Shown here one piece after another: positions 1-8,499 of a stretch of DNA of 64,000 nt (position 1 is its first letter; the number at the start of each line of letters is the position of its first letter). Location: contig CAZBXR010000002.1 in assembly GCA_964496145.1 (NCBI GenBank), forward strand, positions 3,146 through 67,145, in the 5' to 3' direction. The DNA comes from an uncultured Chthonomonas sp. (GTDB lineage: Bacteria > Armatimonadota > Fimbriimonadia > Fimbriimonadales > Fimbriimonadaceae). Made by a program: the position numbers and the translations under genes. Under the pieces are notes generated by a model, which saw only the letters and a program-made list of their open reading frames with translations, searched no databases and was not told where the DNA came from.

Positions 1-525
1 GGGATGCAACAGCGACTCTGTCTCTCGCGATGTTTGGTTCACGATCCCATGCTGCTTCTGCTGGACGAACCCGCAAGCGGACTCGATCCCCGCGCGCGCG
101 CCGACTTAAAAGACCTGATGGTGGAGCTCGGAAGAATGGGCAAAATCATCATCGTGTCTTCGCACATCTTGCCCGAACTTGCGGGGTTCTGCAACAAGGT
201 CGGAATCATCGAGCGAGGGCGGATGTTGGCGATGGGAAATGTCGCTGACATCGTCCGAAGTATCCGGCCCGTCCGATCGCTGGTCATCAAGGTGCTTGAT
301 AGTGCCGAGGCGGCAGCGGATACCGCTCGATCCCACGGGGCCGTTCAAGGGGTTGCCGTGTTGGACGAAAAGTCTCTCAAGGTCGAGTTCAATGGCGACT
401 TTGACGAGCAAAGCGTCTTGCTCAAGACGTTGCTACAAAACAACGTTCGAGTCCTCGAGTTCCACGAAGATTCAGCGGATCTCGAAGACGTCTTCCTTAC
501 TCTGACGACGGGGGCCGTGAACTAA
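1..525 (+). CDS. ABC transporter ATP-binding protein, C-terminal part (5' end lies outside the window)
   Basis: The reading frame is open to the window edge. It shows an ABC signature remnant GMQQRL, Walker B LLLLDEPASGLD and H-loop SSHIL. Confidence 0.85.
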   Translation, partial: GMQQRLCLSRCLVHDPMLLLLDEPASGLDPRARADLKDLMVELGRMGKIIIVSSHILPELAGFCNKVGIIERGRMLAMGNVADIVRSIRPVRSLVIKVLDSAEAAADTARSHGAVQGVAVLDEKSLKVEFNGDFDEQSVLLKTLLQNNVRVLEFHEDSADLEDVFLTLTTGAVN

Positions 526-529
526 AGGC

Positions 530-2116
530 ATGACTCGCTTCTTCCACAACTTGTATCGAGACTATTTCGACAATGCCGCGAGCACTCGAGATTTTCGTTC
601 GCAGCTGCGTGGAAACCGGGTCGTGTTGATGTGGACGACGTATTTGCTGATCCTGACGGTCGTGGCCCTGGTGGCCTACGCGGGCGCCACGGATTCCTCC
701 ACCTATTCGAGCATTCCCGAGATTCAGGCTTCGATGCAGAGCTACTACCGTGGGATGATGGTTTCTCTCGCAGTAGCCATCACGATCATCGCCCCGGTGC
801 TCACCGCATCTTCGATGGCCGATGAGCGCATCCGCCAATCGCTTGAACTCGTGGTGACCTCTCCTGCCGATGCCCGCTATCTCTTGGTGGGAAAAATTCT
901 TTCGTCCCTGCGCTTCACGGCCGTCCTCATCTTTTTGGCACTTCCCGCCGCATCCGTGGGAGTGGTCTTGGGCGGCGCCACATGGCTTGAAGTCTTCGTC
1001 CATTCGCTCCTCATCATGATCTCCGCCGGGGTGCTTGCGGCCATCGGTATTGTGGTGGGGCTGACTTCTGTTGTGCCGCGAATGGCCGTGATCTCGGCAC
1101 TCTCCTTCGCGATCCTCTACCAAGTCTGTTTTCTCTTTATCACGATGGTGTTAGGGGCAACGCGCATCTTCGGTGGCACCGGCGTCGGAGACGAACCTTG
1201 GATTCTGAGCATGAGCCCGTTCGTATCCATCTTTCGGCCGATTACGTCTACAACGATCGCGGGAATCGCGATTCCGAACGTTCTCATCGCGGCGATTGCC
1301 ACGGCACTCATTGTCGGGCTGATTATCCTGAATACGGCCGCCACGCTTTCCAGCTATTGCTCCAAAGATGTCCGAAAGTTTCGGATTGTCTCGATCGTGC
1401 TCGCATTCGTTCTTCCCCCGATGTTTGTTCAGGGGTTAAGCGGTTCCATCGGGCCTCTCGCATCCCCACGAGCCTCCTTCGGTGCCACGACAGCAGGACC
1501 TTCTGCGTGGGTCGTCGCCACAGGAATCTTTCATTTCCTCGCGGCCATCTATGTCCTCTCGATCCCCGTTTACTTCGTCGTGACGCGCTTTGGAGATCGA
1601 AAATACCGGTTCGATGAGTGGTTCAACATCAAGAAACTGTTCTTGCATGTGCCTTCCAGTTCTTTCCTCTACGGCCTGGTGATTTACCTGGCAGGGTTCT
1701 TCAGCCTGTTCGTGACCCAGTGGGTTGCTACCCGAACCACAAAGGATTTGGCTCTTTTCCCTCTCGCCGGAGCGTATTGGCTCGCATTTCTGTGGCTCCT
1801 GTTTGCTTACTCCCGGCTCACCTCACGGCGCGAACTGTGGGACTTCCGCAACGCGAAGAGGAGGATTCAGTCCATTCCTGTCATCGCTCTAGGCGTGATC
1901 ATTGCCGTAATCGGCGCGATCGTGGCCATTCTCACCGCCAATGACCCAACTGGCAAGTACTCGTTCCTATTCAAGATTCACCCTATGTATCCTATCTTTG
2001 AGCCAGACACGATGTATAGCTTGGGGATATTCTGGACGGTCGTTTTCGCGGCACTGGGATACAGAATCCACCGTAGAAATGTGAAAGAGTTCGCCGTCCC
2101 ACCGAAGTTCAAATGA
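530..2116 (+). CDS. polytopic membrane protein, probable ABC-2-type permease partner
   Basis: It starts 4 nt after the ATPase stop and has many hydrophobic segments along its 528 aa. Its stop overlaps the next start (ATGA at 2113-2116). Confidence 0.6.
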   Translation: MTRFFHNLYRDYFDNAASTRDFRSQLRGNRVVLMWTTYLLILTVVALVAYAGATDSSTYSSIPEIQASMQSYYRGMMVSLAVAITIIAPVLTASSMADERIRQSLELVVTSPADARYLLVGKILSSLRFTAVLIFLALPAASVGVVLGGATWLEVFVHSLLIMISAGVLAAIGIVVGLTSVVPRMAVISALSFAILYQVCFLFITMVLGATRIFGGTGVGDEPWILSMSPFVSIFRPITSTTIAGIAIPNVLIAAIATALIVGLIILNTAATLSSYCSKDVRKFRIVSIVLAFVLPPMFVQGLSGSIGPLASPRASFGATTAGPSAWVVATGIFHFLAAIYVLSIPVYFVVTRFGDRKYRFDEWFNIKKLFLHVPSSSFLYGLVIYLAGFFSLFVTQWVATRTTKDLALFPLAGAYWLAFLWLLFAYSRLTSRRELWDFRNAKRRIQSIPVIALGVIIAVIGAIVAILTANDPTGKYSFLFKIHPMYPIFEPDTMYSLGIFWTVVFAALGYRIHRRNVKEFAVPPKFK

Positions 2117-4809
2117 GTAGCATTCCTCTCGACCTCAGTTCCTTTAGCAAGCGAGCCAAGCGCGCTCTTGCGTGGAGCGCTCTTGGGCGTGGGTTACTCG
2201 TCTCCAGCCTTCTTGCGCTGGTCTTGGCCGCATTAGATTTCTTCAGAGTGATCTGGATGCCATTGGAACTCTTCGTCGGCGTCCTCGCCGCTGGACCCCT
2301 CGTTGGAATTCTCTGGGCGACCACGAGAAAGCTCTCTGATCAAGATTTGGCCGCAAGCATCGACCGAAGAGCAGGACTCAAGGACCAAACCTCGACCGCC
2401 ATTGAGGTGTCGGGCGAGTCGGCTCTCGAACCCCTCTTGAAGACGGCGGCATCGAACGCTCTGACCTCTCGCCCTGCGAAAGAGATCTTCCCCATTCAGA
2501 TGAAGCGGGCCCACTGGGTGGGTCTGGTGATCGCCGTGGTTGCCGGAGGCCTCTACTACGCGGGTGTCACGGGGGTCTTTCTTTCCTCAAACAAAACAAC
2601 CGAGCTTTCGGAAGTTAAGGCTCTTGCGCCCGAGGTGGAGAAGATTGCCCGGGATATCAAGCCTCCCTTAGCCGATGATCCTTTCGGGGGTGAGACCCGC
2701 GAGATCACGGGCAACCTAGAGAAGTTTGCTCGGGAAATGGAAATGGGTCGGTTGCCACGAGAGGAAGCCCTCACAAAAGCAAACAAGATTCTCGATGACG
2801 CCAAGGCCCTTGAGGAGAAAAGATTTAAGGCGGCCGAAACCGGCCTCAACAATGCCGAAGCGTCGCTAAAGGCCATGGCCCTCGACCGTGCTCAAAAATC
2901 GATGGGCGAAGCCGCGATTCCCATGTCGGCCGATCAAAAAGAAATGTCGGCGGCGCAGCTGAGTACGGAAAATCCTAGTCTCTCCGCAGAATCGCTCAAA
3001 GCCCAAGCGGATGCTCTCCAGTCCCAGATCGATGGTCTGAAAAAGCAGTTGAGCGGAACACAGGGGAATGAAGGGAAGGCGCTCACCCAAAGTGAAGTCG
3101 CCAAACTGCAATCGGCGCTCAAGCAAGCTGAGGCTCAACAGCGACAGGTGGAGACGGCCAGACGCGCTCAAGACGAACTCTCTAAAATGCTCGACAACCC
3201 CGTCTCTCGCGAGATGATGGATATGGGCGATAGGCTGGGGAAGGAACTCCAACGCCGCTTGAACGGCGAGGCACCTCAGATGTCCGACGCAGACCTAAAA
3301 TTCATGTCGGACCGATTGCAAGAGCTAAAGAAACAAGCGGGCGGCAACGAAGCGCAGCAAAAGATGGCTCAGGCGGTCCAACAAGCCCTGAACCAGATGC
3401 AGGCCGCTTCGGAAATGGGCGAGCAAATGCGAAAGCTGGCCGAGACCATGGACATCCAGCAACAGCTGAACAAGAATCAGCAGACGCAAGCGGCCTCTCC
3501 TGAACTCCAACGTCAGTTGGAGAAAATGCTCGCCGACCCGAAGTTTGCCGACATGCAAAAGCAGCTTCAGGAAGCGATGAAGAAGTCGAATTCTCCAGAA
3601 GGCTTCTTGTCGAAGGAGCAATCCCAAGCGATCGAGAAGGAGCTGGCGAGGGCCGCTTCGAAAACAGGGGCCGAACCTGCCGCGAAGGAGACTCTCGAAG
3701 CCTTGCAGTCCGGAGCCAAAGCCCTCGAGGCGCCATCGATGAGCCCTCAGGATATCGACGCACTGAAGAAGGCTCTCGATGAGGCGAGGCAGATCGCCGA
3801 GAACGGCAAGCGAGACAAAGATTCGCAGCCTGTTTCACCTGAGGTGCAACAAGCGATGCGAGATCTTATGAACTCGTTGTCTGCCCAAGAATTGCAAAAA
3901 GCCGCGGAGAAAGCGGCTCAAGAAGCCGCGAAGGCCGCCGAGCAGGCCGCAAAGCAACTCACCAAAGAGGACTTGCAAAAGCTCCGAGAGCTTGCCAACA
4001 CGATCACCGAGCGGCACCCCGAAGACAGCGCCATTCAACCTCCGCTCGAGAGCCTCCAAGAGCAACTCGGTCGACTTGAGGAGGGCAAGATGGATGCAAA
4101 ACAAGCCGAACAGTTGCGCCAAGCCGTGGAGCAATCGAAGTCTCTCGCCGAGAGCGGCAAGACTCCGAATGGACAGCAGCAAGCCTCGCCTGAAGGCCAA
4201 CAGAGCATGAGCGAGTTGATGGCTTCGCCAGAAATGAAGAAGCTGGCCGAAGCCTTGCAAAGTCAAGCGCAAAATGGCCAGAGTCCGCAAAGCCCGATGA
4301 GCCCACAGCAGATGCAGCAGATGATGCAACGGATGCAGCAAATGGCCCAGCAACTGCAATCGACGCCAGGAGGCCAACAACTCGCGCGGCAACTCTCGCA
4401 GGCCATGAACGCGGGCGGCCAAGGAACGAATCCTCAGGCCATGCAGCAGATGATGTCCGCGCTGAACGCGATGCGGCAGGCATCGCAAGGTTTGGGTGAA
4501 ACAGGCGGTCGAGGAAGCGACCCTTATACCGGCCAAGGTCAGCTGAACAAGAACGGACAATTCAAAGACTTCAAGAGCGGTTCTAAGCTGGGTGGCATTC
4601 GCGGAGAACGTGGAAATCAAGGTTCGGAGACGTACATGGACATCAAGGGGCCGACCCGGTTGGGCGGAGCCTCCAGCGTCCCGTATACAAAGGTGATCTC
4701 CGGATACGAGCGACAAGCCGAAAAGGCCATCACCACAAAGAAGATTCCCAAGAAACGAGAAGGGCGCGTAAAGGACTACTTCGAATCCCTGCGTCAAGGC
4801 AAAAAATGA
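2113..4809 (+). CDS. membrane-anchored giant coiled-coil protein, E/K/Q/A/M-rich (DUF4175-like architecture, by inference)
   Basis: This 898-aa ORF has three N-terminal hydrophobic segments followed by about 700 aa of heptad-like, low-complexity sequence. The C-terminal tail reads IPKKREGRVKDYFESL. It is coupled by ATGA overlaps on both sides. Confidence 0.65.
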   Translation: MSSIPLDLSSFSKRAKRALAWSALGRGLLVSSLLALVLAALDFFRVIWMPLELFVGVLAAGPLVGILWATTRKLSDQDLAASIDRRAGLKDQTSTAIEVSGESALEPLLKTAASNALTSRPAKEIFPIQMKRAHWVGLVIAVVAGGLYYAGVTGVFLSSNKTTELSEVKALAPEVEKIARDIKPPLADDPFGGETREITGNLEKFAREMEMGRLPREEALTKANKILDDAKALEEKRFKAAETGLNNAEASLKAMALDRAQKSMGEAAIPMSADQKEMSAAQLSTENPSLSAESLKAQADALQSQIDGLKKQLSGTQGNEGKALTQSEVAKLQSALKQAEAQQRQVETARRAQDELSKMLDNPVSREMMDMGDRLGKELQRRLNGEAPQMSDADLKFMSDRLQELKKQAGGNEAQQKMAQAVQQALNQMQAASEMGEQMRKLAETMDIQQQLNKNQQTQAASPELQRQLEKMLADPKFADMQKQLQEAMKKSNSPEGFLSKEQSQAIEKELARAASKTGAEPAAKETLEALQSGAKALEAPSMSPQDIDALKKALDEARQIAENGKRDKDSQPVSPEVQQAMRDLMNSLSAQELQKAAEKAAQEAAKAAEQAAKQLTKEDLQKLRELANTITERHPEDSAIQPPLESLQEQLGRLEEGKMDAKQAEQLRQAVEQSKSLAESGKTPNGQQQASPEGQQSMSELMASPEMKKLAEALQSQAQNGQSPQSPMSPQQMQQMMQRMQQMAQQLQSTPGGQQLARQLSQAMNAGGQGTNPQAMQQMMSALNAMRQASQGLGETGGRGSDPYTGQGQLNKNGQFKDFKSGSKLGGIRGERGNQGSETYMDIKGPTRLGGASSVPYTKVISGYERQAEKAITTKKIPKKREGRVKDYFESLRQGKK

Positions 4810-5795
4810 GTATCGAGGCACAAGTAGCAAAGTTTTCTGAGGTCCTGTCGGCCCTCCGCACCGAGGTTCGTCGTCACATCATCGGCCAAGAGGACGTGGT
4901 GGACGCCGTGCTCGTCGCGCTGTTTTCAAACGGCCACATCTTGCTTGAGGGTATGCCAGGGCTAGGAAAAACGCTCTTGCTCAAGACCCTCGCGTCGGCC
5001 CTGCAAATGGACTTTAACCGGATCCAATTCACTCCGGACTTGATGCCCGCCGACGTGACTGGAACCAATGTCCTCCGCGATGGAAAGTTTGAGTTTCGAA
5101 AAGGGCCGGTGTTCACAAACATTCTTTTGGCCGACGAAATCAACCGAGCCACGCCAAAAACCCAAAGCTCTTTGCTGGAAGCCATGCAAGAGCGAACGGT
5201 CACAGCAGGTGGGCAGCGATTTAGTCTGGAACCTCCATTCTTGGTGATGGCGACTCAAAACCCCATCGAGCAGGAAGGGACGTATCCTCTCCCCGAAGCT
5301 CAGTTAGACCGGTTTATGCTGAAGGTGGATGTCCCTCTCCCGCCGCAAGACGACTGGAAGAAAATCCTTGAGCTCACGACGGGAGGCGCCCAAGATTCCG
5401 TCAAGGGAGTCGCCACAAGAGACGAGATTTTGGCCCTCCAAGCGGTGGTCAGAGAGGTCCCGATTAGCAATGGTGTGATGGAACATGCCATTCGTCTCGT
5501 GCGAGGCACCCACCGCGAAGATGCCCATGCCTGCAGCGACGTCAAGTCGTATGTTCGCTATGGCTCGTCGCCACGGGGAGCCCAATCACTCCTGTTGGGC
5601 GGCAAGGTCCAGGCTCTCATGGATGGACGGCTGAACGTCTCGAAAGAAGACCTGCACAAGTCGTATCTGTCCACGCTTCGCCACCGAATCTTGTTGAATT
5701 TCGAGGCCGATGCCGAGGGAATCACCCCGGACATGATCCTTTCCAAACAGCTTCAATCGGTGATTGAGGCGGATCGCGATCCGATTCGAGCATAG
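4806..5795 (+). CDS. MoxR-family AAA+ ATPase
   Basis: Walker A is GMPGLGKT and Walker B is LLADEINR. The length (329 aa) and the position upstream of DUF58/VWA genes are typical of MoxR. Confidence 0.9.
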   Translation: MSIEAQVAKFSEVLSALRTEVRRHIIGQEDVVDAVLVALFSNGHILLEGMPGLGKTLLLKTLASALQMDFNRIQFTPDLMPADVTGTNVLRDGKFEFRKGPVFTNILLADEINRATPKTQSSLLEAMQERTVTAGGQRFSLEPPFLVMATQNPIEQEGTYPLPEAQLDRFMLKVDVPLPPQDDWKKILELTTGGAQDSVKGVATRDEILALQAVVREVPISNGVMEHAIRLVRGTHREDAHACSDVKSYVRYGSSPRGAQSLLLGGKVQALMDGRLNVSKEDLHKSYLSTLRHRILLNFEADAEGITPDMILSKQLQSVIEADRDPIRA

Positions 5796-5806
5796 TTTTT
5801 TAAGGC

Positions 5807-6688
5807 ATGGCTACCGCTCTCGACATCCTGACGGCGCGTGAATTGCGCGCCATCGAGCCTCTCGTTTTGTTGCCTCGCAAGAGTCCGCGTGGCCAAGTTC
5901 GTGGTGAGCGGCAGTCGAAGGCGAAGGGCGTGAGCATCGAGTTCTCAGACAACCGAGAGTATGCCGAGGGCGACGATCTGCGTCACCTCGACTGGAATAT
6001 CCTCGCCCGGCTCGGCACCCCGGTCATGAAGGTCTACCACGATGAACAGGACCTTCAAGTTCATTTGCTCGTGGATCGATCGAAGAGCATGGAGACGGGA
6101 TCGCCATCGAAACGAGACGCGGCCAATCGTTGGGCTCAGGCTCTCTCGATGATTGCGCTCAACGGCGGCGACAGCCTCACGTTGTATCGATTGGGGGAAA
6201 CAGGCCCCGTTCCGCGCTCGCTTCGAGGTCGGCAAGCAAGCCCTAAAGTCACACGTTGGCTTCAAACGGGCGAGGCGCTCGACGCCACCCTTTCCACGAG
6301 TTTGCGTGCGTTTGGGCGAACTCGACCCAAGCCCGGAATCGCCATTCTGATCACCGATGGGCTTGACCCCTCGATGGCACAGAGCATCCAGGAGCTAAGC
6401 TCTTTACGCCTAGAACTCTGGGTGATCCAAATCCTCTCCCCACAAGAAGTTGAACCTGAGTTAGAGGGTGACCTGCGCTTGGTGGACGTAGAAACCAACC
6501 AGATGGTGGAAATCACCGCGAATCGTGATGCGATTCTGGCGTACAAGGCCAATTTGGCGGAGCATCAGCAAGCCCTAAGAGCGGCCGTCACAAAGGTGGG
6601 AGGCCGCATTGCACAGGTGACATCGGCCACGCCAATTGAGTCCATTCTCACCCGCGTCATGATTCCAGAACGGTGGGTGAGCGGATGA
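5807..6688 (+). CDS. DUF58 domain protein (MoxR-associated)
   Basis: It carries the DLRHLDWNILARLG motif typical of DUF58 and has the usual MoxR-DUF58-VWA synteny. Confidence 0.8.
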   Translation: MATALDILTARELRAIEPLVLLPRKSPRGQVRGERQSKAKGVSIEFSDNREYAEGDDLRHLDWNILARLGTPVMKVYHDEQDLQVHLLVDRSKSMETGSPSKRDAANRWAQALSMIALNGGDSLTLYRLGETGPVPRSLRGRQASPKVTRWLQTGEALDATLSTSLRAFGRTRPKPGIAILITDGLDPSMAQSIQELSSLRLELWVIQILSPQEVEPELEGDLRLVDVETNQMVEITANRDAILAYKANLAEHQQALRAAVTKVGGRIAQVTSATPIESILTRVMIPERWVSG

Positions 6689-8499
6689 ATTTCGCGGCCC
6701 TTGGTAGCCTTCTTTGGCTGATCCCCGGGATCGGGTTCATCGTGGCCCTGTACATGATGCGGATGCGCCGCAAAGACACGCCCATTGCGGGAACATTTCT
6801 TTGGCCGCCGATGACGTACGAGTTGCGCTCGAACTCCATGTTTCAGCGGCTCCGATTCAGCTGGCTGATGGTTTTGCAGATCCTCGCCCTCGCTCTCGTC
6901 ATTCTCGCGCTGGCGAAACCCCAAGTCTTGCAACGGGCAAGCCAGGCAAAAGTCACCGCCGTCATTCTCGACACCAGTGCGAGCATGGGAAGCGTAGATG
7001 TGGCTCCCAGCCGACTGGAGCAGGCCAAGCAGCGGGTGGAGAAGATGATCGGCTCCGTCCGAACAGGCGAAAGACTCGCGGTGATCGACGCGGGGGCAAC
7101 CCCCCGGGTGGTCTTTCCGCTCTCGCAGGACACCGTTCTCATGCGGGACCGCCTAAAGCAGGTCGAGGCCTCGGATGCTCCTGGAAACATGTCGGAAGCC
7201 TTGAAACTGGCCGCAAGTCTCGTCGGGAACATGGAAGGGGGCGAGATTGTGGTTCTCTCCGATGGTGTTTTCTCTCCCGTTTCCAATTTTTCTCCGGGGA
7301 AGGCCGCCGTCCGCTACATCAAGATCGGCGAGAAGGATAAGAATCTTGCCGTCGATGCGCTCGGCCCGAACAGAGAAGGCACCGAAGTCTTTCTGGGAAT
7401 CTCCAACACGGGATCGGTCGATGCGTCGACAAAGGTCACGTTGACTCTCGATGGAAAAGTCATCAACTCTTATGAGATCACTTTGGCCCCCAAGGCGCGG
7501 GATAGTCGCTCTATCCCCATCACGAAACGAGGGTCGATTTTGGTCGCGCGTCTTGAGGCGGAGGACTCTCTTGCCGCCGACAACTTCGGCGCCGCGTCGC
7601 TCAATCAGCAGAGCACCATCCGCACGCTTTTGGTGAGCGACGGCGACTTTTTCTTAGAGCGAGCCCTCGTTTTAGACCCGCGCATCCAACTCGAACGCTC
7701 TGCAACGGTCACCGAGGATGCAAAAAGAGGGGTCTACGATCTCGTCATCTTCGAAGGGAAGCCCATCCAACCGGTCGTGGCTCGAGCCGTCATGAGCTTT
7801 GGCTCGGAATCGAGGGAAGGGGCGATCACGACCTCGGGCCAAGTCTTAAAACCGAAAGTCGACGAGACTTCTGACTCGCCGGTCTTCGAAGGGGTCGATC
7901 TCTCGGCGGCATTTATTGACTCTGCCAAGCGATATTCGGTGGGGAAGAACAGCCAGGTGCTCGCGAGTGCGAAGGGCATTCCTTTGGTGGTCATGCAAAC
8001 TCGACCCCGACCCGAGATTCACGTGGCCTTCCGCCCCGGCGAATCTGATTTTCCGTTGTTGGTTGGGTTTCCGATCTTCATCGCAAATGCCCTGGAAGCG
8101 CTCGTGGATGAGGTCGCAAAGGAAGGCGTGGTCGTGGCCGATGTGGGACGGACGATCTTCCTTCCCGCCGCTCCGTTGGGCGTCGCCGCCGACCTCACCG
8201 GGCCCGGAATCGAGGGCAAGATTGAGGTGAAGTCGGTCGATCAGCAGTACCTCTTACGGGATATCCGAAAGGTTGGCCGATACAAACTTGCCTGGCCCGG
8301 GGGTGAAAGAACGATCCTTGCCAAATTAAGCTCGGCGACGGAATCGAATCTTGCTCCGAAAGACAGCCTTTCCGTGGGCGGCTCCACAGTCCGCGAATCA
8401 AATTCTGTCCTGACCATGGGTGATCTTTGGCGCTGGGCCGTTGTCTTTGGCCTGCTTGTTCTCGCCACAGAATGGTGGCTCTTTGCGAGGAAGTCATGA
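6685..8499 (+). CDS. BatA-like protein: N-terminal double-transmembrane domain plus VWA domain
   Basis: The chosen ATG at 6685 overlaps the DUF58 stop (ATGA). The N-terminus reads FAALGSLLWLIPGIGFIVALYMMRMRRK, the MIDAS-like motif is VILDTSASMG, and there is a C-terminal transmembrane segment. Confidence 0.8.
   Translation: MNFAALGSLLWLIPGIGFIVALYMMRMRRKDTPIAGTFLWPPMTYELRSNSMFQRLRFSWLMVLQILALALVILALAKPQVLQRASQAKVTAVILDTSASMGSVDVAPSRLEQAKQRVEKMIGSVRTGERLAVIDAGATPRVVFPLSQDTVLMRDRLKQVEASDAPGNMSEALKLAASLVGNMEGGEIVVLSDGVFSPVSNFSPGKAAVRYIKIGEKDKNLAVDALGPNREGTEVFLGISNTGSVDASTKVTLTLDGKVINSYEITLAPKARDSRSIPITKRGSILVARLEAEDSLAADNFGAASLNQQSTIRTLLVSDGDFFLERALVLDPRIQLERSATVTEDAKRGVYDLVIFEGKPIQPVVARAVMSFGSESREGAITTSGQVLKPKVDETSDSPVFEGVDLSAAFIDSAKRYSVGKNSQVLASAKGIPLVVMQTRPRPEIHVAFRPGESDFPLLVGFPIFIANALEALVDEVAKEGVVVADVGRTIFLPAAPLGVAADLTGPGIEGKIEVKSVDQQYLLRDIRKVGRYKLAWPGGERTILAKLSSATESNLAPKDSLSVGGSTVRESNSVLTMGDLWRWAVVFGLLVLATEWWLFARKS

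Noticed and set aside
4270-4490. The repetitive CAG/ATG-rich DNA was considered as a possible repeat array or CRISPR-like structure.
   Set aside because: There is no repeat-spacer periodicity. The region is in-frame Gln/Met-rich coding sequence. No CRISPR array was found in the window.
4781-4790. TCGAATCC-like strings resembling a tRNA T-arm occur here and at 10361-10370.
   Set aside because: Both lie inside well-supported coding regions and lack acceptor or anticodon stems. No tRNA gene is supported anywhere in the window.
3835-4830. A 331-aa antisense ORF, together with several other long ORFs on both strands, lies inside the 2113-4809 gene.
   Set aside because: These ORFs are products of the low-complexity, codon-repetitive coiled-coil gene. 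Their translations are Leu/Arg/His-rich nonsense, and they have no start or stop coupling to neighbouring genes.
8427-8495. The VWA gene has an upstream extension beginning at 8427.
   Set aside because: The ATG at 8496 overlaps the preceding stop (ATGA) and yields the expected double-transmembrane N-terminus. The extension overlaps the 3' end of the previous gene.
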